From IMG/VR virus record IMGVR_UViG_3300034175_000062, positions 1 through 64,000 of that record: a stretch of DNA of 64,000 nt; one strand, given 5' to 3'. How positions within the stretch are numbered: the stretch's first letter is position 1; each line of letters begins with the position of its first letter. Positions 38,485-47,241 of the stretch are shown here, piece by piece. Source of the DNA: a virus. A program made the position numbers and the translations under genes. The notes beneath the pieces were generated by a model. It was given only the letters and a program-made list of their open reading frames with translations. It did no database searches and was not told the origin of the DNA.

Positions 38485-39046
38485 TGCGCGCTCCCTAGCA
38501 GAAAAGTGGAGGGATTTTGCTCCCTTGATACACCCATTCTAATACGATTCGCAGTGAGTGTAAAGGACTATTTTTGATGCGCAATGCGCCGGCTGGCGTT
38601 TGTTCGATCCTGCAAGGGCGGATGTATAGGGTAGTCCTCATTGCGCCCTACGGAACTACATTGCAGAACATTGCATCTGCATGGCGATTTCAATAGCGAA
38701 ATATCCCGGGTCACTGAGTTCTTGCGAACAGCTGGTCGAACGCCGGGTTGAGTGAGGTGGGGTGTTTCGATAACAGGGATTAAATCCATGTCGTTCAGAC
38801 ACCATTGTTTTCTGATCATATACATCGCCTATTGACGTTTGTATGTACGTTGCATTAGAGTAATGCATCAGCCCTACGTCGTCTATAGGAATATTGTACA
38901 CGCGTCTACGCAGCGATGGATGTTTATTCTCCTATCGCTTATTAGCTATTAGATATCGTGTATGATCGTCTGAGAAATAGACGCGTAAGTATCGTTTCTT
39001 GTTATAGAAAGATTGATGGTACGTCATGAAGACGAGATGGATGATG

Positions 39047-39274
39047 TTATCCCGGATGACGACGGCTCCATTCGAGGAAGCTGATCGCTCGAGCATGCGG
39101 GTTCTGGATCAGGAAGGAGTCGCCACGATTACGGTCGCGGAAGAAGCCCCAGTACCAGTACCAGTTGAAGCGATCGCCCTTTATCTCGAAGATGTCGCTG
39201 ATCGTGAAGTCGCCGGTATTGAGGTCACCCTGGAATGCGACGACACGGATCGGCTTGTCGTGTTCTACGATCAT
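39047..39274 (-). CDS. hypothetical early protein
   Basis: Coupled to 39271-39474. Confidence 0.65.
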   Translation of the reverse strand: MIVEHDKPIRVVAFQGDLNTGDFTISDIFEIKGDRFNWYWYWGFFRDRNRGDSFLIQNPHARAISFLEWSRRHPG

Positions 39275-39474
39275 GCTACGTACTCCCCGGCTGCTTTTCT
39301 AGCTTCGACGCCACACTGATAGCAGCGAGTCTCGTCGCCTACCCGGTGTGCGTTAGGACGCGATTGGTTCATCTTCCCCACGTGGTCGCATTCTTCGAAG
39401 GAGACGAGGACGACACTAGGCGTCGCTTCGACTTTCTTCACGGTGCGAAAGATTCCACGAGGGTCGATTGACAT
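39271..39474 (-). CDS. small Cys/His (zinc-binding?) early protein
   Basis: ECDH...CYQC; RBS and promoter. Confidence 0.7.
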   Translation of the reverse strand: MSIDPRGIFRTVKKVEATPSVVLVSFEECDHVGKMNQSRPNAHRVGDETRCYQCGVEARKAAGEYVA

Positions 39475-39559
39475 TTCCTGTCTCCTTATACGCTCATTCT
39501 ATACAGTCGGCGGAAAACGTCAACAAGAATGTTACCCTTGACGTTTGTTTTTCTGCGAC

Positions 39560-39997
39560 TTAGTATGTGAGCTGATACCAGACGTCGACTTCTTCGATGA
39601 GCTGGGCTGGAGTCTTATCATCGATCGTCGTTTTGAAGATGGGAGCCGGTCCTACACCCGGAACGTGGATCGCGCTGTTCGCAGCGTAGTCCAGTTCGAT
39701 GTTGTAGAAGAACTTGTGGTCGTACTGCCAGCTCTGGTCGTCGTAGAAGTCTGGGATCGTGTGGCCATCCTCGATACCGACGACTCGATTGCGCTCCTCA
39801 CCGTCCGCCTTGTGGTCGTGTTCGACGATGATCTGACGCTCGTTGCGTGGCGCAGGGAGGGCACCAGCACTGCCCATGATCGACGGGAAGATGATGCCCC
39901 GCACGGCAGCGTTAAAGTGGTCGCCGAAGACGCCATGATGCTCGGAACCCTCGTGGGCGCCGATAGCGCCGATGAGTGCTGGATGGTGTGCCGTCAT
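39560..39997 (-). CDS. hypothetical early protein
   Basis: AAGGAGA RBS, own promoter. Confidence 0.75.
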   Translation of the reverse strand: MTAHHPALIGAIGAHEGSEHHGVFGDHFNAAVRGIIFPSIMGSAGALPAPRNERQIIVEHDHKADGEERNRVVGIEDGHTIPDFYDDQSWQYDHKFFYNIELDYAANSAIHVPGVGPAPIFKTTIDDKTPAQLIEEVDVWYQLTY

Positions 39998-40051
39998 ACC
40001 TGTCTCCTTATACGCCTATTCTATCACGTGACGGGAAATCGTCAAGGACTA

Positions 40052-40297
40052 TTATGACTCCTGCCTAATGACGAACTGTCGATCGAAGCCATTCGCTGCC
40101 AGATAGAGGAAGTCTGACGACATGCCGCCATGTTCACCCCACTCGATCGCTGGATCGAAGTCGACATAGCCAGCCTCTTCGGCCTGCTTCTGACAGTACT
40201 CGATCGCTTCGCCGGGCGTGTCGAAGGTCTTCACCTCGTCGATACGTACGCCGACCTTCGGGTCAAGATCGATGTTGACAAATGTGTAGCGGCGCAC
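40052..40297 (-). CDS. hypothetical early protein
   Basis: Operon with 40300 and 40520. Confidence 0.65.
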   Translation of the reverse strand: MRRYTFVNIDLDPKVGVRIDEVKTFDTPGEAIEYCQKQAEEAGYVDFDPAIEWGEHGGMSSDFLYLAANGFDRQFVIRQES

Positions 40298-40299
40298 TA

Positions 40300-40527
40300 C
40301 TATTCATCCTTCTCGATCAGGGCGTAGATCGAGTTCCGGGTCTCGGCGTACTGAACGCCGTCCTCTTCGAACATCGATACGACCGGCGACGTGATGATAT
40401 AGTCGCCAGTCTCTGCGCCGGCTGCTTCCTGGTTGAGCATCGCCTTACCGCGGATGCGATGATCGGCGTAGTGGCGATACTCCTTCCAGTTACGGAGGAC
40501 GTTGACGATCTTCTTGCCGTTACGCAT
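40300..40527 (-). CDS. hypothetical early protein
   Basis: GDYIITSPVV...AETRNSIY, a pattern recurrent in small phage proteins. Confidence 0.7.
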   Translation of the reverse strand: MRNGKKIVNVLRNWKEYRHYADHRIRGKAMLNQEAAGAETGDYIITSPVVSMFEEDGVQYAETRNSIYALIEKDE

Positions 40528-40708
40528 CGCGCTTTTCCCCGTTGCTGATGATGTGGACGACCTGCCACTTCTCGGTGTCGAAGATGACGAATTCCGAGGT
40601 GCCGAACTCTTTCGACGTTGCCATCGCGAAGCGGACTGCGTTGGCGTAGAGGCCGAAGCGGCCCCAGAGGACGAAGGGATTGTCCTTACGATATACGACT
40701 AGATGCAT
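40520..40708 (-). CDS. hypothetical early protein
   Basis: AAGGAGAG RBS, promoter. Confidence 0.7.
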   Translation of the reverse strand: MHLVVYRKDNPFVLWGRFGLYANAVRFAMATSKEFGTSEFVIFDTEKWQVVHIISNGEKRDA

Positions 40709-40761
40709 AACCGCTCTCCTTATACACCCATTCTAATACGATACGCCATCCTTGTAAAGGA

Positions 40762-41022
40762 CTATCTTAGCGCCTCCGTGATCATATTGTACCGACCGCG
40801 ACCGGCCGCCTTGACCGTCACCTTGTACTTCTTGCCCTCGATCTCGAACGCGAAGCCGAACGGACGCTTGTACGCCTTGATGCATGGGACGCCGGCGAAC
40901 CTGGTCGCGGCAGCACGATACTCCTCGATGTCCTCGTACTGTTTCTCGTCCTGCCAGCGCTCGTACAGGTTGAGGACCCACGGCGCCTTCATGATCTCTT
41001 CGACCTTCGCAGGGAATGGCAT
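40762..41022 (-). CDS. hypothetical early protein
   Basis: NLYERWQDEKQYEDIEEY, KRPFGF; GGAG RBS. Confidence 0.75.
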   Translation of the reverse strand: MPFPAKVEEIMKAPWVLNLYERWQDEKQYEDIEEYRAAATRFAGVPCIKAYKRPFGFAFEIEGKKYKVTVKAAGRGRYNMITEALR

Positions 41023-41024
41023 CG

Positions 41025-41144
41025 TTATTCTCCGATCTCGAACAGGGTGTTGATGAAGTTGGTGACGATGTTCGTCTTCGAGTCGATGATCAGGAGGGCG
41101 ATAGCCGCCGAACCAATTGCCATGACTACTAGAAGCGTTCCCAT
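41025..41144 (-). CDS. 39-aa membrane peptide (MGTLLVVMAIGSAAIALLII...), not in ORF track
   Basis: Read manually; GAGGG RBS after promoter. Confidence 0.6.
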   Translation of the reverse strand: MGTLLVVMAIGSAAIALLIIDSKTNIVTNFINTLFEIGE

Positions 41145-41233
41145 TGCCTATTCCCTCATTTGATAACCCATTCTATCACGATACAGAAAAACGTCAAGGT
41201 ATATTTCAACCTTGACGTTTGCTGTAGTTCGTG

Positions 41234-41476
41234 TTAGTCTTCGGTCTTAGTGATCAAAAATGGAGGCTCGAAGTCGGTATGTTCCGGAACGTGGTCGTTC
41301 AACCAGGCGATGATCTCGTCAGACTCACCTGAGACTGACTGAGTGTCCTCGTCGTAGTCTGGGTGGTGTACGAGGTAGCCATTGAACTCGTCGTTCAGAT
41401 ATTCGACGATCTCGGACTCGTTGCTGAAGTCCTCTTCGAAGTCCATCTCGTTGTCGTTGTGGACGATCTTGACCAT
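41234..41476 (-). CDS. highly acidic 80-aa early protein (DNA-mimic candidate)
   Basis: 24 D/E versus 2 K and 0 R; AAGGAG RBS; own promoter. Confidence 0.75.
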   Translation of the reverse strand: MVKIVHNDNEMDFEEDFSNESEIVEYLNDEFNGYLVHHPDYDEDTQSVSGESDEIIAWLNDHVPEHTDFEPPFLITKTED

Positions 41477-41535
41477 GCTACTATTCTCCTTACAGGAATA
41501 TACTAACACGATAGCCAGAAATGTCAATAACTAAG

Positions 41536-41775
41536 TTAGTCGACCTCCATGAAGAAGGAGATGATGACCTTCTCGTCTGCAGGCCCGCTGTCGATGACCT
41601 CTCTGTCCATGAGCAGATCGACCTCGTCCTCCTGGAGTCCGAGTTCCCGGCGACAGTACCGAAGCGCTTCAGCGAATCGTGTGAAGACCTTGATCTCGGC
41701 CTTGTTGTAGCCGCCGCCGATCAGCTCGGGCTGGTGGTTGACCGTCTCCTGCGAGACTACAGTGTACCTCTTCAT
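41536..41775 (-). CDS. hypothetical early protein
   Basis: Coupled to 41772-42128. Confidence 0.65.
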   Translation of the reverse strand: MKRYTVVSQETVNHQPELIGGGYNKAEIKVFTRFAEALRYCRRELGLQEDEVDLLMDREVIDSGPADEKVIISFFMEVD

Positions 41776-42128
41776 TTCGTCACCTTCTTTCTGAGTGGTC
41801 GTGGGATCACATTGCGCGGATTGTCGACGCGACAGGCGGTGCCACGACCACGATCGCTATCACGATTATATCGCCAGCCGGTGGTGTGCTCTTCGCCATC
41901 GAGCATGACCGTTTCTCCATCGCTGAAGCGGACACATTCGTATTTGCCGATCTCGATGCAGGTGACCTCAGTGCCATCGAGGCACTTGTACGTCTCACCG
42001 AGAACGAATGGCTCGGTCGGGTTATCGCGACGATGATCGTGGTATGCTTTCGACAACGCCATGTATGCGATATACGCATCGCCGGTGAGGGCTTCATCCT
42101 CGATGTAGAGCGTAACCGTAACCGTCAT
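41772..42128 (-). CDS. hypothetical early protein
   Basis: AAGGAGA RBS, promoter. Confidence 0.72.
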   Translation of the reverse strand: MTVTVTLYIEDEALTGDAYIAYMALSKAYHDHRRDNPTEPFVLGETYKCLDGTEVTCIEIGKYECVRFSDGETVMLDGEEHTTGWRYNRDSDRGRGTACRVDNPRNVIPRPLRKKVTK

Positions 42129-42198
42129 ACCCTGTCTCCTTATACACCCATTCTATAACGATTGGGCCACATTGTAAAGGCATTTGTTTGCCTTGACA

Positions 42199-42573
42199 TT
42201 ACCGCCAGATCGGATAGAGTGTATCGGTGAGCATGTTGATGTCCTCGAGGATCGTGTCTCGCTGGTGATCGACTTCTTCCAGTGCGCCTCTCTCAGATTG
42301 ATCCAGAGTGCCCTCTTCATGCTTCACCATGAGCTCCTCCCAATACGGAGTAATCTCACTCAGAAGGGCATTCAGCTTATCGATTTTACCCTTTGCTTCC
42401 TTCTTAGCAGCAGCCTTATCCGCCCTCTCCTGCCTCTCCCAGATCTTCTTCGTCCTGGCTCGCTCTTGCTCGGCCTCACGTTGACGCTTGATAGCGCCCG
42501 AACGGAGTGCGACGAGGTTTGCGTTGGCCTGGCGCCGAAGCTGCACGACGTCTGTTTGCTTCCAGTACATCAC
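42199..42573 (-). CDS. coiled-coil hypothetical protein
   Basis: Coupled to 42570-42857. Confidence 0.7.
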   Translation of the reverse strand: MMYWKQTDVVQLRRQANANLVALRSGAIKRQREAEQERARTKKIWERQERADKAAAKKEAKGKIDKLNALLSEITPYWEELMVKHEEGTLDQSERGALEEVDHQRDTILEDINMLTDTLYPIWR

Positions 42574-42857
42574 AGGCTCGCATCGATACGGTGGATGGTG
42601 TACGAATGAGCCCGCTTATCGGCCCGGTCGGTACGCTCGTGGTCGTCGATCTTCTTCTCGATCTCATCGAACGAGTTGCCGATGAACATGATGCCGTAGA
42701 CGTAGCACCAGAAGAACGTCGTGTTGTCCGTCCGGAAGAAGAAGCCGCCCATCGTGCAGTGGTAGACGTACTTAGCGTCCTTATCGCCGTAGACGTGCTC
42801 CGGGATCATCGGCCAGCCGATACGTTCCGCGTTCTCTGGGGTGTTAAGATAGAGCAT
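42570..42857 (-). CDS. hypothetical early protein
   Basis: AAGGAGA RBS, promoter. Confidence 0.72.
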   Translation of the reverse strand: MLYLNTPENAERIGWPMIPEHVYGDKDAKYVYHCTMGGFFFRTDNTTFFWCYVYGIMFIGNSFDEIEKKIDDHERTDRADKRAHSYTIHRIDASL

Positions 42858-42914
42858 CTCAATCTCCTTATAAAGAGATACTATAACGATTGGGCAGAAA
42901 CGTCAAGGGCTATT

Positions 42915-43382
42915 TTACCCTTGACAAATGAAGTTAGGGACATACTCCTTCTGGTAGAGGATCTTCTCGATGACTGCACGATCACGATTGACCCATTGCT
43001 GATTGCTCAGGACGAGATAGTACTCCTTCGTCTCTGGCAGGAACTGGATGAAGTAGCGATCGACGTACTTGTAGCCGGACGATGTATCGCCTTCATCGAT
43101 GCCGTAGCACTCAGCGAAGTCCTTGTCGCTCTGATCGACGAGCTTCTCCGTCATCCTGAACTCCTCGAAGGAGAGCGGCGTCAGGCCGAAGGTCATCTGC
43201 ATGATGTCGTAGAGCCGCGCCAGCGATGCGTTCGAGAGGGCGTGGACCTTATTGCGTGCTTCCTTCGCCATCAGATAGGCGTCGGTCTTCGGCATGCTGT
43301 CGGTCTTGTAGTAGAGCTGCAAGTCGTCGAACATGTTCTGGACTTTGATCGCCTTCTGATAGGTATCGAGTTCCTTACGCAT
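42915..43382 (-). CDS. hypothetical early protein (C-terminus related to 48630-48896)
   Basis: AAGGAG RBS; GYKYVD..I...YYLVL...IEKILY. Confidence 0.75.
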   Translation of the reverse strand: MRKELDTYQKAIKVQNMFDDLQLYYKTDSMPKTDAYLMAKEARNKVHALSNASLARLYDIMQMTFGLTPLSFEEFRMTEKLVDQSDKDFAECYGIDEGDTSSGYKYVDRYFIQFLPETKEYYLVLSNQQWVNRDRAVIEKILYQKEYVPNFICQG

Positions 43383-43474
43383 GGTGTTCTCCTTGCCTCT
43401 TGATACACCCATTCTAATACGATACACAGAAACGTCAAGGCATATTTTTACCTTGACGTTTGTTGTGGACTGTA

Positions 43475-43774
43475 TTAGACCGATTCAGCTAACCAAGTCT
43501 CAACGCGATGCACTAGCTCGAGGCGAGGGATCTTCGACCCGCCCATGATCACCAGCGTATTTTCTGGTCCGACCGGAGAGACGAACTGAGCGACATCAGC
43601 CTCATCGTCTACGTCGATCACACAGAAGCCGTGAGTGACGCCGCTATCGCCGGTATAAGCCGGGATGCCGTTGTTCTCGGCTTCGGAGTCGAATGGGACG
43701 TCCTCTACATGCTCATAGACGAGCTTGCCGAGTGTAGCGTTCCAGGTGTAGCTGAAGATGGCGTGTAATCGCAT
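43475..43774 (-). CDS. hypothetical early protein
   Basis: AGGA RBS; operon context. Confidence 0.68.
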   Translation of the reverse strand: MRLHAIFSYTWNATLGKLVYEHVEDVPFDSEAENNGIPAYTGDSGVTHGFCVIDVDDEADVAQFVSPVGPENTLVIMGGSKIPRLELVHRVETWLAESV

Positions 43775-43778
43775 GTCG

Positions 43779-44057
43779 TTATCCTATGATCTGGCCGGTG
43801 TCGGCGTCGATTGCCCGGACAGTTCCCGGAATGTTCTGCGAGGCGAGGTGGTCAGTCCTCCAACCAGCGTCCTTGTAGGAGCAGCGAATGACGCCGACCC
43901 AACGACCATCTGAGCCCCGTCGCTGGATCTCGGCCTTACGACCGCCTACGACCTGTGGCGTGTAACTGCCACGACTGCTCTTACCGAACAGCTTCTGGAA
44001 CAGCATGACGACCATGGCGAGGACGAAACAGACGAGGCTTAGAGCAAAGTATTCCAT
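43779..44057 (-). CDS. membrane-anchored hypothetical protein
   Basis: AAGGAG RBS; N-terminal hydrophobic helix. Confidence 0.68.
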   Translation of the reverse strand: MEYFALSLVCFVLAMVVMLFQKLFGKSSRGSYTPQVVGGRKAEIQRRGSDGRWVGVIRCSYKDAGWRTDHLASQNIPGTVRAIDADTGQIIG

Positions 44058-44081
44058 TGGACTTCTCCTTGACATTCGTTC

Positions 44082-44366
44082 TCAGGCAGGATAGCCTATA
44101 TTCCCATCAACCAGCTTGCTCTCATCGATCCCGTACATCATTTCGACGGGAATTCCGGTGATCGTCAGCTGATAGTCAGGCGAAGGAAATGCGATACGGA
44201 GTTGCGCCATCAGGGCGATCAGGTGACCGTGGTCGCTATTGGGAGTCAGCACCCGGGTGTAGTGATAGTACTGGGGTGCTGTGTTGTTCCAATTGCGACC
44301 CTTCGCTTTGGCCACGTTGACCTCGAAGTTCTTGATGAGCGGCAGCTTCTCCATGATCTTCTCCAT
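44082..44366 (-). CDS. hypothetical early protein
   Basis: RBS and promoter. Confidence 0.7.
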   Translation of the reverse strand: MEKIMEKLPLIKNFEVNVAKAKGRNWNNTAPQYYHYTRVLTPNSDHGHLIALMAQLRIAFPSPDYQLTITGIPVEMMYGIDESKLVDGNIGYPA

Positions 44367-44451
44367 CCGTCCTTATAGAGAGATACTAACACACCCGAGG
44401 GAAAATGTCAAATGGCGTGCCTACCATACGATAAGCACGCCATTCAATGGA

Positions 44452-45111
44452 TTATGCGGTCGCGTAGATGACGGACCGCTTTCTCAGTCCGTACGCCATC
44501 ATGCCGAAGCCGATCAGCATCATCGCCCAGGTCGAGGGTTCCGGGACAGCTGATGCGGTGTCGTAGACATATGTCACGGTGGACGAGATGTAATATCCCG
44601 TGCCGTGCAGATATGTCGGCTGCAGCGCGGTGCCGTCGAGTGACCCGAAGTTCAGCGAAGGAGCGCTATAGATGCTGATGAAGTCATCGTCACCCTTGCT
44701 TATGAACTGATCGATGAAGTCGCCGGTGAAGATCGATTTCACGTTGCCGCCGAAGCTGACGACCGCAGTCTCGGGATTCGCGAAATAGCTGTCAGCGATC
44801 TTGTCGATCTTGACAGATCCATAGAGCGAGTCGCCCATGGTCCCGACGATATGAACCGCCGGACCCATGATCGGTTCATAAGCGCTGATCGATGGCATAT
44901 CGAATGGTTGATATGCCGCGAACGAGAAGCTCCCGTCATAGTAGTTGTCGAAGCTGACGCTCTTCAGTGTCCCCAGCCTGCTGTCGAACTTCGACAGATA
45001 GACGGACGACGGTCCGTATTGGTATTCGGACTTCTTCATCTCCTCAGCCACAGCTGGTGCTGCGACCATGGAAAGCGAAGCGCAAATAATCAGGATGCCA
45101 TGTCGAAACAT
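44452..45111 (-). CDS. PEPxxWA-CTERM sorting-domain protein with signal peptide and choice-of-anchor E-like domain
   Basis: Signal peptide MFRHGILIICASLSMVAAPAVA; FDSRLGTLKSV; VTYVYD..AVPEPSTWAMMLIGFGMMAYGLRKR. Confidence 0.9.
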   Translation of the reverse strand: MFRHGILIICASLSMVAAPAVAEEMKKSEYQYGPSSVYLSKFDSRLGTLKSVSFDNYYDGSFSFAAYQPFDMPSISAYEPIMGPAVHIVGTMGDSLYGSVKIDKIADSYFANPETAVVSFGGNVKSIFTGDFIDQFISKGDDDFISIYSAPSLNFGSLDGTALQPTYLHGTGYYISSTVTYVYDTASAVPEPSTWAMMLIGFGMMAYGLRKRSVIYATA

Positions 45112-45176
45112 AATATATTCCTTTCTTATCACCAATCTAGTTGGTATAGTAATACTATAACGATTGAAGGAAAATG

Positions 45177-45653
45177 TCAAACGGCATTAATCTTAGCGTC
45201 TGCCTCACGAAGGAGTCTGATCTCTGTGTCACGCCGCCACGATGCTTCGCTGCGCTGCATGCTGTCCCACTTAACACGACCGTCAACGCGGACTGCCCAG
45301 CAATAGCCGTCGTCACCGTTCTCCTGACGCATCGTTACACGTCGGGTGAACTTGTCGGAGGTCGGCTTGATCGACGAGCGAAGATACTCGATACACGCTT
45401 TGATGATGGATGGCTGGGTCTCGAAGACGATGCGCTTATACGATCGGTCATAACGAAATGCCTCTGCCACGAAGTACGACTCAGTACGACGCTTACCAGG
45501 TGCCGCCGGCTTCAGCTTACGCTCAGCTACGACTTGGAACTTGCGCGATCCATACTTCACACCGATATAGGCGATGTGTGTGGTGTCGTCCTTCTTGCTG
45601 GCGCCGAGGTTGGTGACGCCTTTGAAGGTGTATTCTGGCGTAGGTTTCGTCAT
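45177..45653 (-). CDS. basic hypothetical early protein
   Basis: ORF, operon context. Confidence 0.7.
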   Translation of the reverse strand: MTKPTPEYTFKGVTNLGASKKDDTTHIAYIGVKYGSRKFQVVAERKLKPAAPGKRRTESYFVAEAFRYDRSYKRIVFETQPSIIKACIEYLRSSIKPTSDKFTRRVTMRQENGDDGYCWAVRVDGRVKWDSMQRSEASWRRDTEIRLLREADAKINAV

Positions 45654-45665
45654 GGCGTTATCTCT

Positions 45666-45980
45666 CTACCAGCGCTTGATCGCGAGGATGGACAGAACGC
45701 GACCGAGCAGGGTCGGACACGAGTTGAACGAGGTGAGGACCAGCGATCCACGACCAAAGCTGCCGAGCGGCGGATGGACTACGCCGACATCGTAGCCATT
45801 GCCTGCCTCGTTCTCGAGCCGGATGCGACCGCCGAAATTCTGCTTGACCACCACGCCCTCGTGGTGGATCGATGCGGGATAGAGGACGAACTTCTCGCCC
45901 TTATCGTTGACACCGGCTTCAGCGATGGACTCTACGATGGAGTCCCATTCGACGTCCGATACAGTGAATTCCTTGCTCAT
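45666..45980 (-). CDS. hypothetical early protein
   Basis: GGAG RBS after promoter. Confidence 0.68.
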   Translation of the reverse strand: MSKEFTVSDVEWDSIVESIAEAGVNDKGEKFVLYPASIHHEGVVVKQNFGGRIRLENEAGNGYDVGVVHPPLGSFGRGSLVLTSFNSCPTLLGRVLSILAIKRW

Positions 45981-46052
45981 GATGATCTCCATCCGTTGAT
46001 ATAGAGATACTAATACGTTTTGGCCTAGTTGTAAAGGCGAATATTCAATTGA

Positions 46053-46355
46053 CAAACAAGAACAGCCAGAGTATAACCCTGGCTGTTCCCGTGGACCTTC
46101 ATTTTGTAGGCGTTGAGATCGAGTGAGTCTGCAGTTTGTCGCAGTGAGTCAGAGATCTATTCGCCTGGGGTTTTGGCCCTATGTGCGTTGGCGCTTGACT
46201 GTTACGGTGTTAACGTCCTGCGTCGTAACAGTCTATGTCAGGACAATCCGGAAATCCACGTCATGCTTATCGTCTCCGATCGCGCCGTTGGTATTGGAAC
46301 GCCAGGCCATACTGATACTCTGTGGCCGTTACTGATACTCTATAGCCTTCCAATA
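46053..46355 (-). ncRNA. candidate structured non-coding RNA (about 300 nt)
   Basis: Promoter TTTACA-N17-TAGTAT at 46361-46389; no RBS-bearing ORF; several stems; terminator GAACAGCCAG/CTGGCTGTTC followed by TTGTTTG. Confidence 0.6.
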
Positions 46356-46492
46356 ACAAGATACTATAACGATTGGTCCTAGTTGTAAAGGACTATATTA
46401 TGGCCGTCGTGGCTCGACTGCATGCGTGAACAGGAACCACGACGGCCTTCCGACGTCGGTCGGGTCGCTCCGTAAAGCCCGACGCCGAAACT

Positions 46493-46729
46493 CTAAAGCA
46501 ATTCAACCTCGTTGATACGAAAGGACATGCAACTGCCAACGTGCGACAGCTCCTTCCGTATCGTCTCTTCATCGATTGGCTCACCACAGAAGTCGCCAGC
46601 CTCGAGAGCGCTCTTTACCGCCTTGTTGAGCGTGCCGCAGACACTCCAGATCGTCGTCTTGTCGTCAACGAGGTTCTCGACCTCTACGAGGAAGACGGTG
46701 GGTGCTTCTCTGGGTACGCCGAAAACCAT
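46493..46729 (-). CDS. hypothetical early protein
   Basis: Coupled to 46729-46914. Confidence 0.65.
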   Translation of the reverse strand: MVFGVPREAPTVFLVEVENLVDDKTTIWSVCGTLNKAVKSALEAGDFCGEPIDEETIRKELSHVGSCMSFRINEVELL

Positions 46730-46914
46730 CAGTCGTCGATCTTCAGTAGAGTGACCTCGTTTAGAACGATGGCCATCTCACCATGAACGAAGTGACTGAA
46801 TACGAAGAAACGACCCCGCCAGTCGATCACGCCAGGTGTAGCGATAGTCGCGGCTGGGACGTCAGTCTCGTGTACAGTCTGACCGTCCATCGTATTGAGG
46901 ATCAAATGATACAT
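46729..46914 (-). CDS. hypothetical early protein with structured 5' leader
   Basis: ATG 46914 after GGAAGA; leader 46928-47020 folds. Confidence 0.62.
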   Translation of the reverse strand: MYHLILNTMDGQTVHETDVPAATIATPGVIDWRGRFFVFSHFVHGEMAIVLNEVTLLKIDD

Positions 46915-47079
46915 AGTGTCTTCCATGCAGCTTATGAGGACGGTGGCGGGTACGAAACCGCAGAACCCGACAGCAAGAGGGGAGCCAGAAGCCGGGTCAC
47001 CGTCCACATAAACTGTATTATGTGGCCATTCTATCACGTGATAGGAAAATGTCAATGGCTATTTTAGTGCGCCTTGACA

Positions 47080-47205
47080 TTACCCGGGCGCCGGGATATT
47101 CTGCCGGTTCGGCTGGGTTTGGGTCATGTAAAGTTTGAGCGTGCCCTGCAGACGCTTCCGGGGAGTGGGCTGAGAGGTGATCTTCTGCTTCTTGGAGGTA
47201 TTCAT
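47080..47205 (-). CDS. 41-aa basic peptide (MNTSKKQKITSQPTPRKRL...), not in ORF track
   Basis: Read manually; AAGGAAGGAAG RBS. Confidence 0.5.
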   Translation of the reverse strand: MNTSKKQKITSQPTPRKRLQGTLKLYMTQTQPNRQNIPAPG

Positions 47206-47241
47206 TGTCTTCTTCCTTCCTTGCTCTGAGAGGGCATCAGC

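Noticed and set aside
42921-42950. Antisense promoter at the + strand TTGACA near 42921
   Set aside because: No TAnnnT at 16-18 nt spacing; counted only as a hairpin arm
42507-43403. 298-aa + strand ORF (likewise 39545-40057, 45174-46004, 48036-48560, 51644-52456)
   Set aside because: Antisense frames of RBS- and promoter-supported minus-strand genes; the starts lack clear RBSs and several begin inside promoter motifs
46053-46355. tmRNA, RNase P RNA, SRP RNA or tRNA identity for the ncRNA candidate
   Set aside because: No tag peptide, no GAGGAAAGUCC, no SRP domain IV motif and no cloverleaf/TTCGA arm recognised
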